The position numbers and the translations under genes are program-made. Below, one piece after another: positions 53,312 through 62,794 of a DNA stretch of 64,000 bases. This DNA comes from a virus: the IMG/VR virus record IMGVR_UViG_3300031993_000003; one strand, written 5' to 3'. The notes under the pieces are model-generated. The model did not search any database, had not been told where the DNA came from, and was given only the letters and a program-made list of their open reading frames with translations. Each line of letters begins with the position of its first letter. Position 1 is the first letter of the stretch.

Positions 53312-54586
53312 CTATGCGTACATGACCGTCTCGGGTCCCTGCACCCAGCCCAGGTCAGCGAGACGCTTTCCTGCCGCTGCGCATGCCTTAATCTCATCGT
53401 CCGTAAGCATGCACCCGTGCAGTCTCGTCGGCACGTCGCCGTCCGGGCCCACGTAGAGCATGTCCCCGCGTCCGCACAGGGTCTCCGCTCCCCCGCGGTC
53501 GATGATGACCTGGGAGTCGGTCCTGGAGGCCACCTTCAACGCCACGCGGGTGGAGAGGTTGGCCTTCAGGGCGCCCTTCACCACGTCGGCGCTAGGACGC
53601 TGCGTGGCCAGCACCAGGTGGATACCCGCGCTCCTTGCCTTCGCAGCGAGGACGGAGAGGGGTTCCTCGAATGCCGCCCCGAAGGACACCATAAGGTCAT
53701 AGAACTCGTCGATTACCACCACGACCCTCGGGAAGATGTTCCCTACGCTGTAGTGGCGGCCCTCATAGTCGAAAACGATTATTTTTTCCGCGTCGCGGAT
53801 TACCGAGTTGCACGCATCGAGACTGTTCACCCCGACGTGGCGGAAGAAGGCCATGCGGAACCTCATAGTCTCCACCATGTGCTCCACCACCTCCACCGCG
53901 TCATCGGTGCCGTACGCGACGTTCACCGCCAGGCCGCCCTCGCGAGTCATCCCCCCGATGGAGGGATGGCCGGAAAAAGAATTAAATTCCGTGCCCTTCG
54001 GGTCCACGATGATGACCCTGGCCTCGCCCGGGAAGTAGTTCGTCACTATCCCGCAAATCAAAGAATTCAGGAACACGGACTTGCCGGAGCCGCTCTGCCC
54101 GGCCACCAGCATGTGCGGGGCCTTCGCCACGTCCACCGTGTACGGCCTGCCGGCAGTGTCCACGCCGAAGCACACCTTCAGGCCCGCCCCGCCGCCGCAC
54201 GGCACGACTACGCCGCTCGGGACAGCCACGCGCTCCATGTTCGGTACCTCCACCGCGAGGCACACCCTGCCGTTCCACATCGTCTCTCCGATGTAGACCT
54301 TCGCGGAGCCGACCCCGAGACGCAGCCCGAGGTCCCTGCGGAGGTTCTCTATCCTGGAAATGTGCTCCGTGTCCTTGCTCAGCTCGAGGATGTACGTCGA
54401 CACCACCGGGCCCCTCTCGGTGCCCACTACCTTCGCCCCCACGCCGTTCGACCTGAAGAACGCGTCGATGCGGCTCCCCATGTCGTCAGCCGGGAACTCC
54501 GGCATGATTCCGCCGAAGATGCCGGAAGTGGACTTCCTCCACACTCCAAGGTATCTCGGGTCGTGCCATTCGCTGTAGTAGGACAT
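53312..54586 (-). CDS. FtsK/SpoIIIE-family DNA translocase ATPase.
   Basis: Walker A LVAGQSGSGKSVFLNSLI; motif IIVDPKGTEF; Walker B VVVIDEFYDL. Confidence 0.6.
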   Translation of the reverse strand: MSYYSEWHDPRYLGVWRKSTSGIFGGIMPEFPADDMGSRIDAFFRSNGVGAKVVGTERGPVVSTYILELSKDTEHISRIENLRRDLGLRLGVGSAKVYIGETMWNGRVCLAVEVPNMERVAVPSGVVVPCGGGAGLKVCFGVDTAGRPYTVDVAKAPHMLVAGQSGSGKSVFLNSLICGIVTNYFPGEARVIIVDPKGTEFNSFSGHPSIGGMTREGGLAVNVAYGTDDAVEVVEHMVETMRFRMAFFRHVGVNSLDACNSVIRDAEKIIVFDYEGRHYSVGNIFPRVVVVIDEFYDLMVSFGAAFEEPLSVLAAKARSAGIHLVLATQRPSADVVKGALKANLSTRVALKVASRTDSQVIIDRGGAETLCGRGDMLYVGPDGDVPTRLHGCMLTDDEIKACAAAGKRLADLGWVQGPETVMYA

Positions 54587-54655
54587 ATCGCTATTCTCCG
54601 TTAAATTTGACGTTTTTCCTTTACATTCCCTCTATGCCACAGGGAATCCTCCCAG

Positions 54656-54680
54656 GCATCCCCCGGGCGTACCCGGTAGT
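54656..54680 (-). promoter_or_regulatory. GC-rich upstream motif (top strand …GCATCCCCCGG…CCCGGTAG), variant copy, upstream of the FtsK-like gene.
   Basis: Shares the GCATCCCCCGG core with 11 other copies. Confidence 0.35.
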
Positions 54681-54689
54681 TCCCGGGAG

Positions 54690-55355
54690 CTACCTCCCGT
54701 CCCACCCGACATCCACCTCCCGGTAGACATCGCGGGTGTTCCTCCGGTGCATGTCGGGCCCCTCGTAGTATTCGACCTGGCGCCTGTACACCGAATCAGC
54801 GCACTTCCCGAACAGCCTAGGCTTCGTCCGGTGGGATATGTCGAAGAAGATGTCCCCCGGCACTCCACGGGAAGTGTACCGGCCCGGGTTGTCTCCCTTC
54901 CGGTAATACTTCGCGCCAAGGACGCGCATGCGCCCGTCCCCCGACGAGGTAACAACTATGTCCGGGCAGTGGGAAACCACCCCCGTCACCATCACAGCCT
55001 GAGGGCCCGGATAGGCGGCATCGTACTCGCAGGTGAATCCCCTGCACTCGCCGCCCTCCCTCACCATTATCACCTGGCGCAGGTGCCTCACGGTCACGTC
55101 CGGGCAGCGCCAGGCGTATTCCCCGGTGTAAGGGTCGGTATACCTCCCGGCAGGTACATCGAGGTCCCCCAGGAACACGCAGTAGCGCCTCCCGTCCTCC
55201 ACCCGCAGCTCCCCGGTACGCCCCGGGAGGTCCCAGGCCGTACTGGTTGCACCCGGGATGTAGGGCATAGAGAAATTGAAGTCCGACGGAACCGGGTCCG
55301 CCGGGCATATGCCGGCGAAGGCCAGCCCGAAGGCAATCGTGGCAATCCTATTCAT
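54690..55355 (-). CDS. Secreted hypothetical protein (signal peptide).
   Basis: MNRIATIAFGLAFAGICPA…. Confidence 0.45.
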   Translation of the reverse strand: MNRIATIAFGLAFAGICPADPVPSDFNFSMPYIPGATSTAWDLPGRTGELRVEDGRRYCVFLGDLDVPAGRYTDPYTGEYAWRCPDVTVRHLRQVIMVREGGECRGFTCEYDAAYPGPQAVMVTGVVSHCPDIVVTSSGDGRMRVLGAKYYRKGDNPGRYTSRGVPGDIFFDISHRTKPRLFGKCADSVYRRQVEYYEGPDMHRRNTRDVYREVDVGWDGR

Positions 55356-55692
55356 GGGTGACCCCCTTCATGGAAACGGCACGCTGGACGGCCCGCAGCA
55401 CCGCCCCGGAAACCTTGCCGTAGGGCTCCACCTTGCCGTGGGCCCCGCGGCAGTCCAGCGACAGCGAAAGCGCCTGTATGCCCCCGTCCGTGCGGAGACG
55501 GAATACAATCCTCGGGACCACCGGGGAACCTCCCGGGAGACCCGCGCGGGAAAGGAGCGCCTCCCTCTCCCCGTCAGTCGAGAAGGCCATCTCGGCTATA
55601 ACCGTGGCCTGGCCGTTCCTCCTGCGCGTGGTCGTGACGCTGAAAATCTTCACGTATCTCATATCTCTCTCCTTTCCTGCCTTGCAATCCAC
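55348..55692 (-). CDS. Hypothetical protein.
   Basis: 114 aa. Confidence 0.4.
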   Translation of the reverse strand: MDCKAGKERDMRYVKIFSVTTTRRRNGQATVIAEMAFSTDGEREALLSRAGLPGGSPVVPRIVFRLRTDGGIQALSLSLDCRGAHGKVEPYGKVSGAVLRAVQRAVSMKGVTHE

Positions 55693-55710
55693 GTATCCCG
55701 CCAGTAACCT

Positions 55711-55742
55711 CCCGGAAGCATCCCCCGGGAAAACCCGGTGGT
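55711..55742 (-). promoter_or_regulatory. GC-rich upstream motif copy (CCTCCCGGAAGCATCCCCCGGG…CCCGGTGG).
   Basis: Core plus CCGGTGG half-site. Confidence 0.4.
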
Positions 55743-55821
55743 TCCCCGGGAAATCCCCCTGGAGGACACGGGAAGGTCCCCGGCACGTGCCGGGGGCCCT
55801 CCGGGAGACGTAAAATTTTCC

Positions 55822-56073
55822 TTACAGCGGGGGCATGTCCTCGAAGTCCACTATGCGCTTGTCAATGAACCATTCCTTGCCCTTGTGGTTCTCCACCTCG
55901 GCCCCGGTGTACTGCATGGCCCAGTCCCTCCCGAAACGGGCCATGAAGATGTTCCTGGCCTCCTCGTAGGCATCCGGGCATTCCCTCTCGTAGGGGACGG
56001 TAACGCGCACGTAGATGTCCTTGTTGGGGCTGTCACAGCCGAAGGTGAAGTAGTAGCTAGTCTTTCCTGCCAT
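55822..56073 (-). CDS. Hypothetical protein.
   Basis: 83 aa. Confidence 0.4.
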   Translation of the reverse strand: MAGKTSYYFTFGCDSPNKDIYVRVTVPYERECPDAYEEARNIFMARFGRDWAMQYTGAEVENHKGKEWFIDKRIVDFEDMPPL

Positions 56074-56136
56074 ATTTGACTCCTTGATGTATGTTCCTAT
56101 TGTATATATCGTCTCGCCCGCCGAAAATGTAAAGCG

Positions 56137-56517
56137 CTATGCCGACGCCATGCGGGAAACGACCTCGCCCAGGGCAGTGCGGCTGAACTTGCAGCGTTCG
56201 CGCATGCTAGGCTTCCCGGGACCGTCATGGCGGCTCACCAGCACGGAAGATTCCTCCTTCACCCGGCCGTCCCCGGCATAATCCAGCTCGAACTCGAAGG
56301 TCCACCTGGACTTGCCCCCTGACGTGGACACGCAGGCCACCAGCCCGCGCTTACCCCCCGCAAAAAGGTTGCTGCTGTAAGATATCCCGTTGCTTTCCTC
56401 CGGAGAAAGCGCCCCAGCCATGCACACCGATACCATCAGGCGGAGGTCCGCCAGCAGTACGTTCACGTGCTTGACTGCATTTCCGAGGTCCTTGCCGTAG
56501 TCTATCCTTGCACTCAT
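56137..56517 (-). CDS. Hypothetical protein.
   Basis: 126 aa. Confidence 0.4.
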   Translation of the reverse strand: MSARIDYGKDLGNAVKHVNVLLADLRLMVSVCMAGALSPEESNGISYSSNLFAGGKRGLVACVSTSGGKSRWTFEFELDYAGDGRVKEESSVLVSRHDGPGKPSMRERCKFSRTALGEVVSRMASA

Positions 56518-56551
56518 GTCATATCTCCTTGTCTATCTGTTTGCAACTCCC

Positions 56552-57556
56552 CTATCCATCCCGGGCAACCCCCGGAGCATCCCCCGGGACATCCCGGTGG
56601 TCCACGCGGAGACGGCACAGGAGCCTCTTGTACTGCTCCCTGCCCCCGACGTAAGCCTTCATCCGTATCCCGGTATCCCACCCGGAGGGTCTGCCGTGAG
56701 GGTAGGAACACCCCAATATCTCGAACTGCTCCGGGCACAGCCGGTTCAAGGCCGTCACCGGGACCCCGAACACCCCGTAGTAGTCCGACGGGATGCACTC
56801 CGCCCACGGAACGTCTATGGCGTCGTACCGGTCGTACCTACGGTAGCCCCTGCACTTTTCCGGCTTGTGCTCCAGGTTCCACCCCATGCTCTCCAGGTGC
56901 ATCTCCCGGTGCCTCCCCGGATAGTCCACCGTGGTAAGCCAGCATACCCCGGACACCCGCATCACCGCCTCTCCGCCGACCTCCCGCTCCTCGTGGTAGC
57001 TCTCCGCGTACCCGTAACCCTCCGGCACACGGAAGAACATCCCGCGGTTGAAACCCGTCGCCCCCGCCCAGCACTCGCCGTCCCTTATCGCCGGGAACAC
57101 CTCCGGGTACGTCACGCAGTTCACCGGGGCTATCACCGAAAAACCCTTCCCGGTACCAAGGAGCCACCGGGAGAAACCGTGCATCAGGCTGAAAGGGGGA
57201 TTGGTCGCTATGAAGTCGCACTCCCCCGCAAGGTCCGTGCTCTCCGCAGAACAGTAGCTCCCGTCCCCCGCCATGTCCCAGGTCACCCATTCCCTACCGT
57301 CATAGGACCCGGCCTTCCCGTGCCCTCCCGGTACGTACCCGGAACACACCACGCGGGACAGCCCGAAAGAGGAAAAATTATCCGCGAAAAATTTCGGGAA
57401 CGCGCTCTCTCCCGGGAGGTCGCACGGGCAGTACACCGCCTTCCCCTCGAGCGTCCCCTCCGGATATGCCGAGAACTCGGCCCCTATGTCCGACTCCCGA
57501 GTGTAGAACTCGTCGCTCCTGCTCTCCCGCGCCTTGACCAGCTGTCCACGTCCCAT
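56552..57556 (-). CDS. Putative DNA N6-adenine methyltransferase.
   Basis: Motif IV IATNPPF; N-terminal DEFYTRESD (the EFYTP pattern common in phage adenine MTases). Confidence 0.5.
   Translation of the reverse strand: MGRGQLVKARESRSDEFYTRESDIGAEFSAYPEGTLEGKAVYCPCDLPGESAFPKFFADNFSSFGLSRVVCSGYVPGGHGKAGSYDGREWVTWDMAGDGSYCSAESTDLAGECDFIATNPPFSLMHGFSRWLLGTGKGFSVIAPVNCVTYPEVFPAIRDGECWAGATGFNRGMFFRVPEGYGYAESYHEEREVGGEAVMRVSGVCWLTTVDYPGRHREMHLESMGWNLEHKPEKCRGYRRYDRYDAIDVPWAECIPSDYYGVFGVPVTALNRLCPEQFEILGCSYPHGRPSGWDTGIRMKAYVGGREQYKRLLCRLRVDHRDVPGDAPGVARDG
56574..56600 (-). promoter_or_regulatory. GC-rich upstream motif copy.
   Basis: GGAGCATCCCCCGGGACATCCCGGTGG. Confidence 0.4.
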
Positions 57557-57601
57557 CCTATAGTCTCCAAAAATATTTTCCCGTAAGGAAAATATAGCAT
57601 C

Positions 57602-57951
57602 TTACCCGTCGCTTACCTCGGTCTCCCCGGAAAGCAGCCCGGTGAGTATCCGGGAGTACCGGGAATGCTCCGAACTTCCCGGGTCGCACACACCGCAGGC
57701 CTCCGTGTAGTGAGCTATGGCCGCCTCCCGGGTGCCCCAGTGCACCGTCTCCCCGTAGCACGTCACGTCAACCCCGTGGACGGCCTCCATCAGCACCGAG
57801 GGAGTTCCGGTATGCACCGGGAGGGGAAGGCCGAGCCTGTCCATGAGGGCAACCCCGGAAATTCCCTCGATGGAACGGGTGAACTCGTCCGGGTTCACCC
57901 CGTCATCCAGGACTACCGGAATCTTCAATGTAAAATTAAATTTTCTCATGT
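57602..57951 (-). CDS. Hypothetical protein (start trimmed to MRKFNFTLK…).
   Basis: The upstream part of the listed ORF runs through the GC-rich promoter motif. Confidence 0.4.
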
Positions 57952-58102
57952 CATACCCCGAAACATGCCGTGGCGGCCTCGTCCGCGGAGCGTCCCCCAA
58001 AGGGTCGCCAGCGATACGCAGACCGTCTCGCCTTCCGTAAACTTTGCCGTGCTCACGATTCTGTCTCCTTTTGTTTGAATCTTGTATTCCGGCGGGAATG
58101 CC

Positions 58103-58131
58103 CGGGAGCATCCCCCGGAAATCCCCGGTGG
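58103..58131 (-). promoter_or_regulatory. GC-rich upstream motif copy.
   Basis: GGGAGCATCCCCCGGAAATCCCCGGTGG. Confidence 0.4.
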
Positions 58132-58132
58132 G

Positions 58133-58560
58133 CTACCCGAACTCCTTCTTCAGTTCCTCGTATTGCTTCCGGCGCCTGTCCTTCTCGATGGCTTCCCATT
58201 TCTTGCGGTCAGCCTCCGCCTTGGCCCTGCGTTCCTCCTCGACCTTGCGTTTCTCCTCGCCGTGGATGCGCTTCAGTTCCTTGTATGCCTCGGCACGTGT
58301 CTCCTCGCACATGCACTTTTCCAGGAGAGCCCCGTCCACGCTGAACGTCTCGTCGTATTCGGTATCGCCGCCCTGGATTTCCCAGTCGACCGTAATCACG
58401 TAGCGGTCACCCTTGCGTTCGATGCCCTTGAATGTATACCAGCCATGATTAGATATATACATGGCTCCGAGCTTCTCGGCTACCCAGTGCATGTCCTTCC
58501 ATAGGCTGTCAATCGTCCTTTTCGCCTTTATGTAGGCGTCTATCTTTTCCTTTCCCGTCA
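58133..58560 (-). CDS. Hypothetical K/E-rich protein (start trimmed to MTGKEKIDAY…).
   Basis: As above; GGAG lies before the ATG. Confidence 0.45.
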
Positions 58561-58610
58561 TAGCGAGGTCTCCTTTTCTGTTTCTATCCACCGTATCCTC
58601 CCGGTAGCCC

Positions 58611-58641
58611 CCGGGAGCATCCCCCGGGAAAATCCGGTGGG
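58611..58641 (-). promoter_or_regulatory. GC-rich upstream motif copy (~45 nt upstream of the ATG at 58560).
   Basis: GGGAGCATCCCCCGGGAAAATCCGGTGGG. Confidence 0.45.
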
Positions 58642-58643
58642 CC

Positions 58644-58889
58644 CTACCGGGGTATCCGGTACACATGCACCGAGCTGTACCAGTCGCCACCGGTAGGCTC
58701 CCCGAAACTCCTCTCGGACACCTTCCCGTAGCCGTTCTCCTCCATCACCCAGTCCAGGTGGAGGTGGTCGTGCTTCCAGTCCCCGTCCGCCACCGTGACC
58801 TCCACGTTCCCCTCGCGGGTCACGCTCCAGTCGTAGGGCAAGTCGTTGTCCTTGAAGAACTTGCTAACCTTGTCAATCAGTGTCTGCAT
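58644..58889 (-). CDS. Small hypothetical protein (start MQTLIDKVSKFF…).
   Basis: The start was trimmed from the listed ORF. Confidence 0.4.
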   Translation of the reverse strand: MQTLIDKVSKFFKDNDLPYDWSVTREGNVEVTVADGDWKHDHLHLDWVMEENGYGKVSERSFGEPTGGDWYSSVHVYRIPR

Positions 58890-58900
58890 GTCTATTCCTC

Positions 58901-59275
58901 TTACTGCATCTCCCCGTCGACCGGGACGATGGAATAGATGGTCTCGATGCAGTTCTTGGGCTTGATGACGATTACGTCGACCTTGCCGTCCACGAGCTGC
59001 ATCTTCAGGTCGAGAAGGTCCTCCTCGTGCTCGTCCTTGTCGGTGATGCGGAAATGCACCGGGTTGCACAGGTCGGCACGGTAGGCCACCACGTCGACGT
59101 ATTCCTCGTCGCAGTTCACCAGCGCGTCGTACAGCGTGAGGAACAGCTCGTCAGCGGTAGCCCTCCGGCCCGCCGGGGAGGCCAGTACCTTCGTGAAGTC
59201 CGGGAAGTGCCTCCTCCCAATCGAGAAGGCGCTGCCGCCCACGATTAGGCCGATGTAGTGTTTCAGTTCGCTCAT
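58901..59275 (-). CDS. Hypothetical protein.
   Basis: 124 aa. Confidence 0.45.
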   Translation of the reverse strand: MSELKHYIGLIVGGSAFSIGRRHFPDFTKVLASPAGRRATADELFLTLYDALVNCDEEYVDVVAYRADLCNPVHFRITDKDEHEEDLLDLKMQLVDGKVDVIVIKPKNCIETIYSIVPVDGEMQ

Positions 59276-59337
59276 GATAACGTCTCCTTTTCAGTTAAAA
59301 GTTTTTCCCTGCCTCCCGTATCCTCCCGGAAGCCCCC

Positions 59338-59365
59338 GGGAGCATCCCCCGGCACAACCCGGTGG
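59338..59365 (-). promoter_or_regulatory. GC-rich upstream motif copy.
   Basis: GGGAGCATCCCCCGGCACAACCCGGTGG. Confidence 0.45.
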
Positions 59366-59642
59366 CTACCAGTCCACCTTCTTCCCGGTGACCTTCTCGA
59401 TAGTGAGGTTCTTCTTTCCGGCGGTGTGTACATAGAGATAGCAGAAGGGACCTCCGTCACCTACGATGAAGCGGTGGCCCTTTCCGTTCCACCCGCTGTA
59501 CTCCGCGAGGCGCACGATGGTTCCACCGGTAAGGACCTTACGGGTCTCGTCCTGGATGGCGAGCATCATTTCTTCCATAGAGGAAAATGTTTTCCCCTTG
59601 CTCCATTCGGCAAGATGTTCAGTATATTTGGTGATGGCCATG
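59366..59642 (-). CDS. Hypothetical protein (start MAITKYTEHL…).
   Basis: Trimmed start; the GC motif lies upstream. Confidence 0.4.
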
Positions 59643-59702
59643 ATTCTTTCTCCTTGTTGAAATTCTCTGCCCACAATATCGCATATCCTCCCGGTACTCC
59701 CC

Positions 59703-59730
59703 GGGTGCATCCCCCGTCCATACCCGGTGA
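59703..59730 (-). promoter_or_regulatory. GC-rich upstream motif copy (variant).
   Basis: GGGTGCATCCCCCGTCCATACCCGGTGA. Confidence 0.35.
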
Positions 59731-59733
59731 TTC

Positions 59734-59940
59734 TCACCCGTAGTACTCCGACAACGCCTCCTCCACGCTGCCCCCAACGAAGTCCCGGTCCGCCATAGGG
59801 TCCTCTACAGAAAAAAATTCCCCGTAGTCAACCAGCGACAGACGACCCCACCGAACACGGTCACCATCCAGCCTCACCCCGGTAGCTCCCGGGAGACCCC
59901 TCGATTCCAAATAATCCCTAACCTTCTCCACGTTCCCCAT
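59734..59940 (-). CDS. Small hypothetical protein.
   Basis: 68 aa. Confidence 0.35.
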   Translation of the reverse strand: MGNVEKVRDYLESRGLPGATGVRLDGDRVRWGRLSLVDYGEFFSVEDPMADRDFVGGSVEEALSEYYG

Positions 59941-59944
59941 ATAC

Positions 59945-60277
59945 CTATCCCCCTGTCACGAATATCCTTACCCCGCCAACGTCAACCTCGTTCACAGAGC
60001 CGGTGGCAACCGCGCCCTCGAGAGCCTCCAGCAACTCCCCGCACCCCTTCCCGCTCTCAATAGAAGGAAGGACGAAACGGCACCTCCCAGTACCCCCCAG
60101 GCTGTTGTGGAAGCCCACGACCGTAGTCCCCTGACCGTAAGCCTGCTGGCGCTCCACTATAGAACGTACCTCACGCGCCGCCTCCCGGAGTCCCCGGAAG
60201 GTACCGTCGCTCCACGTAGACCTCGCCACGCCGTTCACCTTCACCTCGCTCTGCCCGTATACTACTACGTGTACCAT
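59945..60277 (-). CDS. Hypothetical protein.
   Basis: 110 aa; GC motif upstream. Confidence 0.45.
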   Translation of the reverse strand: MVHVVVYGQSEVKVNGVARSTWSDGTFRGLREAAREVRSIVERQQAYGQGTTVVGFHNSLGGTGRCRFVLPSIESGKGCGELLEALEGAVATGSVNEVDVGGVRIFVTGG

Positions 60278-60342
60278 GTCTATGTCTCCTATGTTGAGTG
60301 TTAAATTCCTTTCTCACCCCATATACATCCCGGCATGCCCCG

Positions 60343-60369
60343 CAGGCATCCCCCGGTTCTCCCCGGTGG
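60343..60369 (-). promoter_or_regulatory. GC-rich upstream motif copy (variant).
   Basis: CAGGCATCCCCCGGTTCTCCCCGGTGG. Confidence 0.4.
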
Positions 60370-60699
60370 CCACCGGGAGGTACCTACGGATATTACCCGC
60401 ATGCACGCCGGGTGATTCCTTCGGGTGATGCCCGACAGTACACCACCGACAGTACACCAGCATGATACCGGGAGGTAATATGGCAACTCATGGACCGGTT
60501 ACACGGGGCACGTACCCCCACTATCCCCCACCGCGTACCACATATACCCACTACCGCCATGACACCCTGCTCACCCGTGCAGGGTATCCAGTGCCCTGGC
60601 TATGGGACGCACGCCAACCTCCCGGGAGACCCCCGTCGCTGAATACATGGGGCGCTCCGGGGGTTACCGGGAGGAAACCGGGTCAAACCCGTGAAAAAC

Positions 60700-61550
60700 G
60701 ACAAATTTGTTAGCGTTTTTGAGCTAAAAACGCCACTTGGTTAACCAAAATTTACAGAAAACACCTCCCGGAACCTTCCGTTCCGCTTTTTGGTCAAAAA
60801 ACGGGTACCTGCCAGTACCCCCACCGCGTACCTGGGGAATCTCCCGGAATCTCCCGGAACCTCCCGGAATCTCCCGGAATCTCCCGGAACCTCCCGGAAC
60901 CTCCCGGAAGCACCCAGTAACCTCCCGGAATCTCCCGGAAGCAACCCAGTAACCTCCCGGAATCTCCCGGAATCTCCCGGAACCTCCCGGAAGCACCCAC
61001 GTATGCCACCCGTCCCCGGAGGGGAACCTGGGGCAGACCGGGAGGCGACCGGGAGGCGACCGGGATGTAACCATGGTATATACCGGGAGGCGACCGGGAG
61101 GCATCCCCCGGTGGGACCCGGTGGGTCACGGTGGGGAGAACCGGGAGGTACCTCCCGGAGCAGACCTGGGAATCGTACTGGGGGAATACCGGGAGGTGAC
61201 CGGGAGGTGTCCACCCTTGAACCCGACGAGCGCGTAGGACCTGGTAATAACCGGGAGACATCCCCCGGTGGGACCCGGTGGGATACATGGTGGGGAACCG
61301 TGGGGAATTCCGGGAGGTACCTCCCGGTAGCACCCTTGAACCCGACGAGCGCGTAGGAGGTGTCCACCCTTGAAGCCGACCAAAGCGTATGACTGGGGAG
61401 CCACCCTTGAATCCGACCAAAGCATATGAGGAGTCCACCCTTGAAGCCGACCAAAGCGTATGACCGGGGAGCCACCGGGAGGTTGAGAAATAAAAAAATA
61501 AAAAAGTCCCCCCGGGGAGACCCGGGAGGACAGTAGGGGACGACACAAGA
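60700..61550. repeat. Non-coding iteron-rich region. Repeat family (a): ~15 tandem copies of CTCCCGGAA(T/C) at 60833-60990. Family (b): GACCGGGAGGC ×4-5 at 61025-61100. Family (c): 5 copies of a ~31-bp unit CCACCCTTGAANCCGAC…GCGTATGA at 61207-61470. The region ends in an A-rich run.
   Basis: Direct reading of the repeats; the only ORF here (60741-61889, minus) is a low-complexity artefact of the repeats. Confidence 0.65.
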
Positions 61551-61557
61551 AAAAATT

Positions 61558-62109
61558 TTAGGAATAGAACACCGGGGTGGTGGTGATGCGGGGGTTTTGT
61601 ACGGGGTTACCTTCGGTGTCGCGCGCCAGGAGGGAACCACGGGCGGAAGCGATGGCTTCCTCGATGGTGTCCTCGGGCGGGAGGTCGTATACCTTGACGA
61701 GCTTACCGTTTTCGTCGACGGTATTGATTGTGGGGACGAAGGCATCCGGGGTGGGGGGTTCGTCGACCTTCTCCTGGAGGGAGTCGAGTCGTTCGCGGAT
61801 GCCCTCTGCGGTTTCCTGGAACTCGTCCTTGAATGAGTCGGTCTCGTCCGAGAGGGTGTCGAGCTTGTCGGAGAGTTCATCCAGGGCATCCTGCTCGGCC
61901 TTCTTCTTACCCCATTTCGGGAGATGGAAGGCGGGTGAGCCGACTGCCTTGACGAAGGCGGCGCCTGCGAGGATGAGGATGATGGCGTAGACCGCGACGG
62001 TCTCGACGATGGTGGTCGGGGAGGCCTGTCCGGTGACGATGAGGAAGGTGTTGAAGCCGGCGACCGCGAGGATAGCTACGGCTACGGTGTAGATGAGTGT
62101 CTTGAGCAT
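61558..62109 (-). CDS. Membrane protein (2-3 N-terminal TM helices) with a coiled-coil/acidic tail.
   Basis: MLKTLIYTVAVAILAVAGFNTFLIVTG…. Confidence 0.5.
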   Translation of the reverse strand: MLKTLIYTVAVAILAVAGFNTFLIVTGQASPTTIVETVAVYAIILILAGAAFVKAVGSPAFHLPKWGKKKAEQDALDELSDKLDTLSDETDSFKDEFQETAEGIRERLDSLQEKVDEPPTPDAFVPTINTVDENGKLVKVYDLPPEDTIEEAIASARGSLLARDTEGNPVQNPRITTTPVFYS

Positions 62110-62167
62110 TGGTTGACTCCTTGGTTTATGGTTTAAGTTCTTGATTGTTATGGTATCGGGAGTTACC

Positions 62168-62197
62168 GGGAGGCATCCCCCGGTGGCATCCGGTGGT
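62168..62197 (-). promoter_or_regulatory. GC-rich upstream motif copy.
   Basis: GGGAGGCATCCCCCGGTGGCATCCGGTGG. Confidence 0.4.
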
Positions 62198-62199
62198 AA

Positions 62200-62763
62200 T
62201 TACTGGTTGAGCATCCTGTCGATGATGTTGGCGAGTTCCTGTAGTTTTTCCTTGTCGCCGTTGACCGCGTGAACCCGGATGGACATGGAGAGCCTCTTGA
62301 GGAAGCGTGGGTCCTTCCGGGAGGGGAATGGTAGCTGGTCGAGGGGGATACGGGAGAGTTCGGCCTCCTTCTTGAGTCGGAGTTCCTCGGCCTGTGCCTG
62401 GGCGGCGAGCGCCTTGAGCTGTAGGTAGTGCTGGTGTGCGTCGTCTGCGGAGGTGTAGTTTGCCTTGGAGAGTGTACCGGTGGCGCAGTTCCCGCATGAG
62501 ACGGGGAAGCCCTTGTTGATTCTGGAGTAGTGGAGGTCCTTGCCGCAGGAACAGCGGTAGGGGTACGGGAGCCCGAGGAGCATGGCGAAGCACTCGTCGA
62601 CGCGTGCGCCGTGGTCGTGGTAGACGTGGTCCTCGAAGTTTCTTTTCGGGAAGGGCTGCCTGCACAGGGGGCAGTGGATGGTGGTACGGGAGTACTTCAT
62701 GCCCTCGGTCTTCTGGTGGGTGACGTACTGTGGTTTCGGCTCGGTAATGAACTTGAGTTGCAT
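62200..62763 (-). CDS. Hypothetical Cys/His-rich (zinc-finger-like) protein.
   Basis: HCPLC…H…H; CSCG…CGNC. Confidence 0.45.
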   Translation of the reverse strand: MQLKFITEPKPQYVTHQKTEGMKYSRTTIHCPLCRQPFPKRNFEDHVYHDHGARVDECFAMLLGLPYPYRCSCGKDLHYSRINKGFPVSCGNCATGTLSKANYTSADDAHQHYLQLKALAAQAQAEELRLKKEAELSRIPLDQLPFPSRKDPRFLKRLSMSIRVHAVNGDKEKLQELANIIDRMLNQ

Positions 62764-62794
62764 CGTTGTCGGCTCCTTTAAAAAATTTTTCTGA

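Noticed and set aside
57558-58111. N-terminal extensions of several minus-strand ORFs in the 55-63 kb block (e.g. 57602-58111, 58133-58690, 59366-59737, 62881-63498).
   Set aside because: The extensions are translations of the conserved GC-rich promoter motif (…PGGYREDT… type peptides). Internal ATGs preceded by GGAG-type ribosome-binding sites give more plausible starts.
60833-60990. Possible CRISPR array, because of the regular short repeats.
   Set aside because: The repeats are 10 bp and directly abutting, with no spacers and no cas genes. They are simple tandem repeats or iterons.
60741-61889. 382-aa minus-strand ORF spanning the repeat region.
   Set aside because: Its translation is low-complexity (PGRLPV…, SGRFREVPGD… repeats) and is produced by the tandem DNA repeats. 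It overlaps the well-supported membrane-protein gene at 61558-62109 in another frame.
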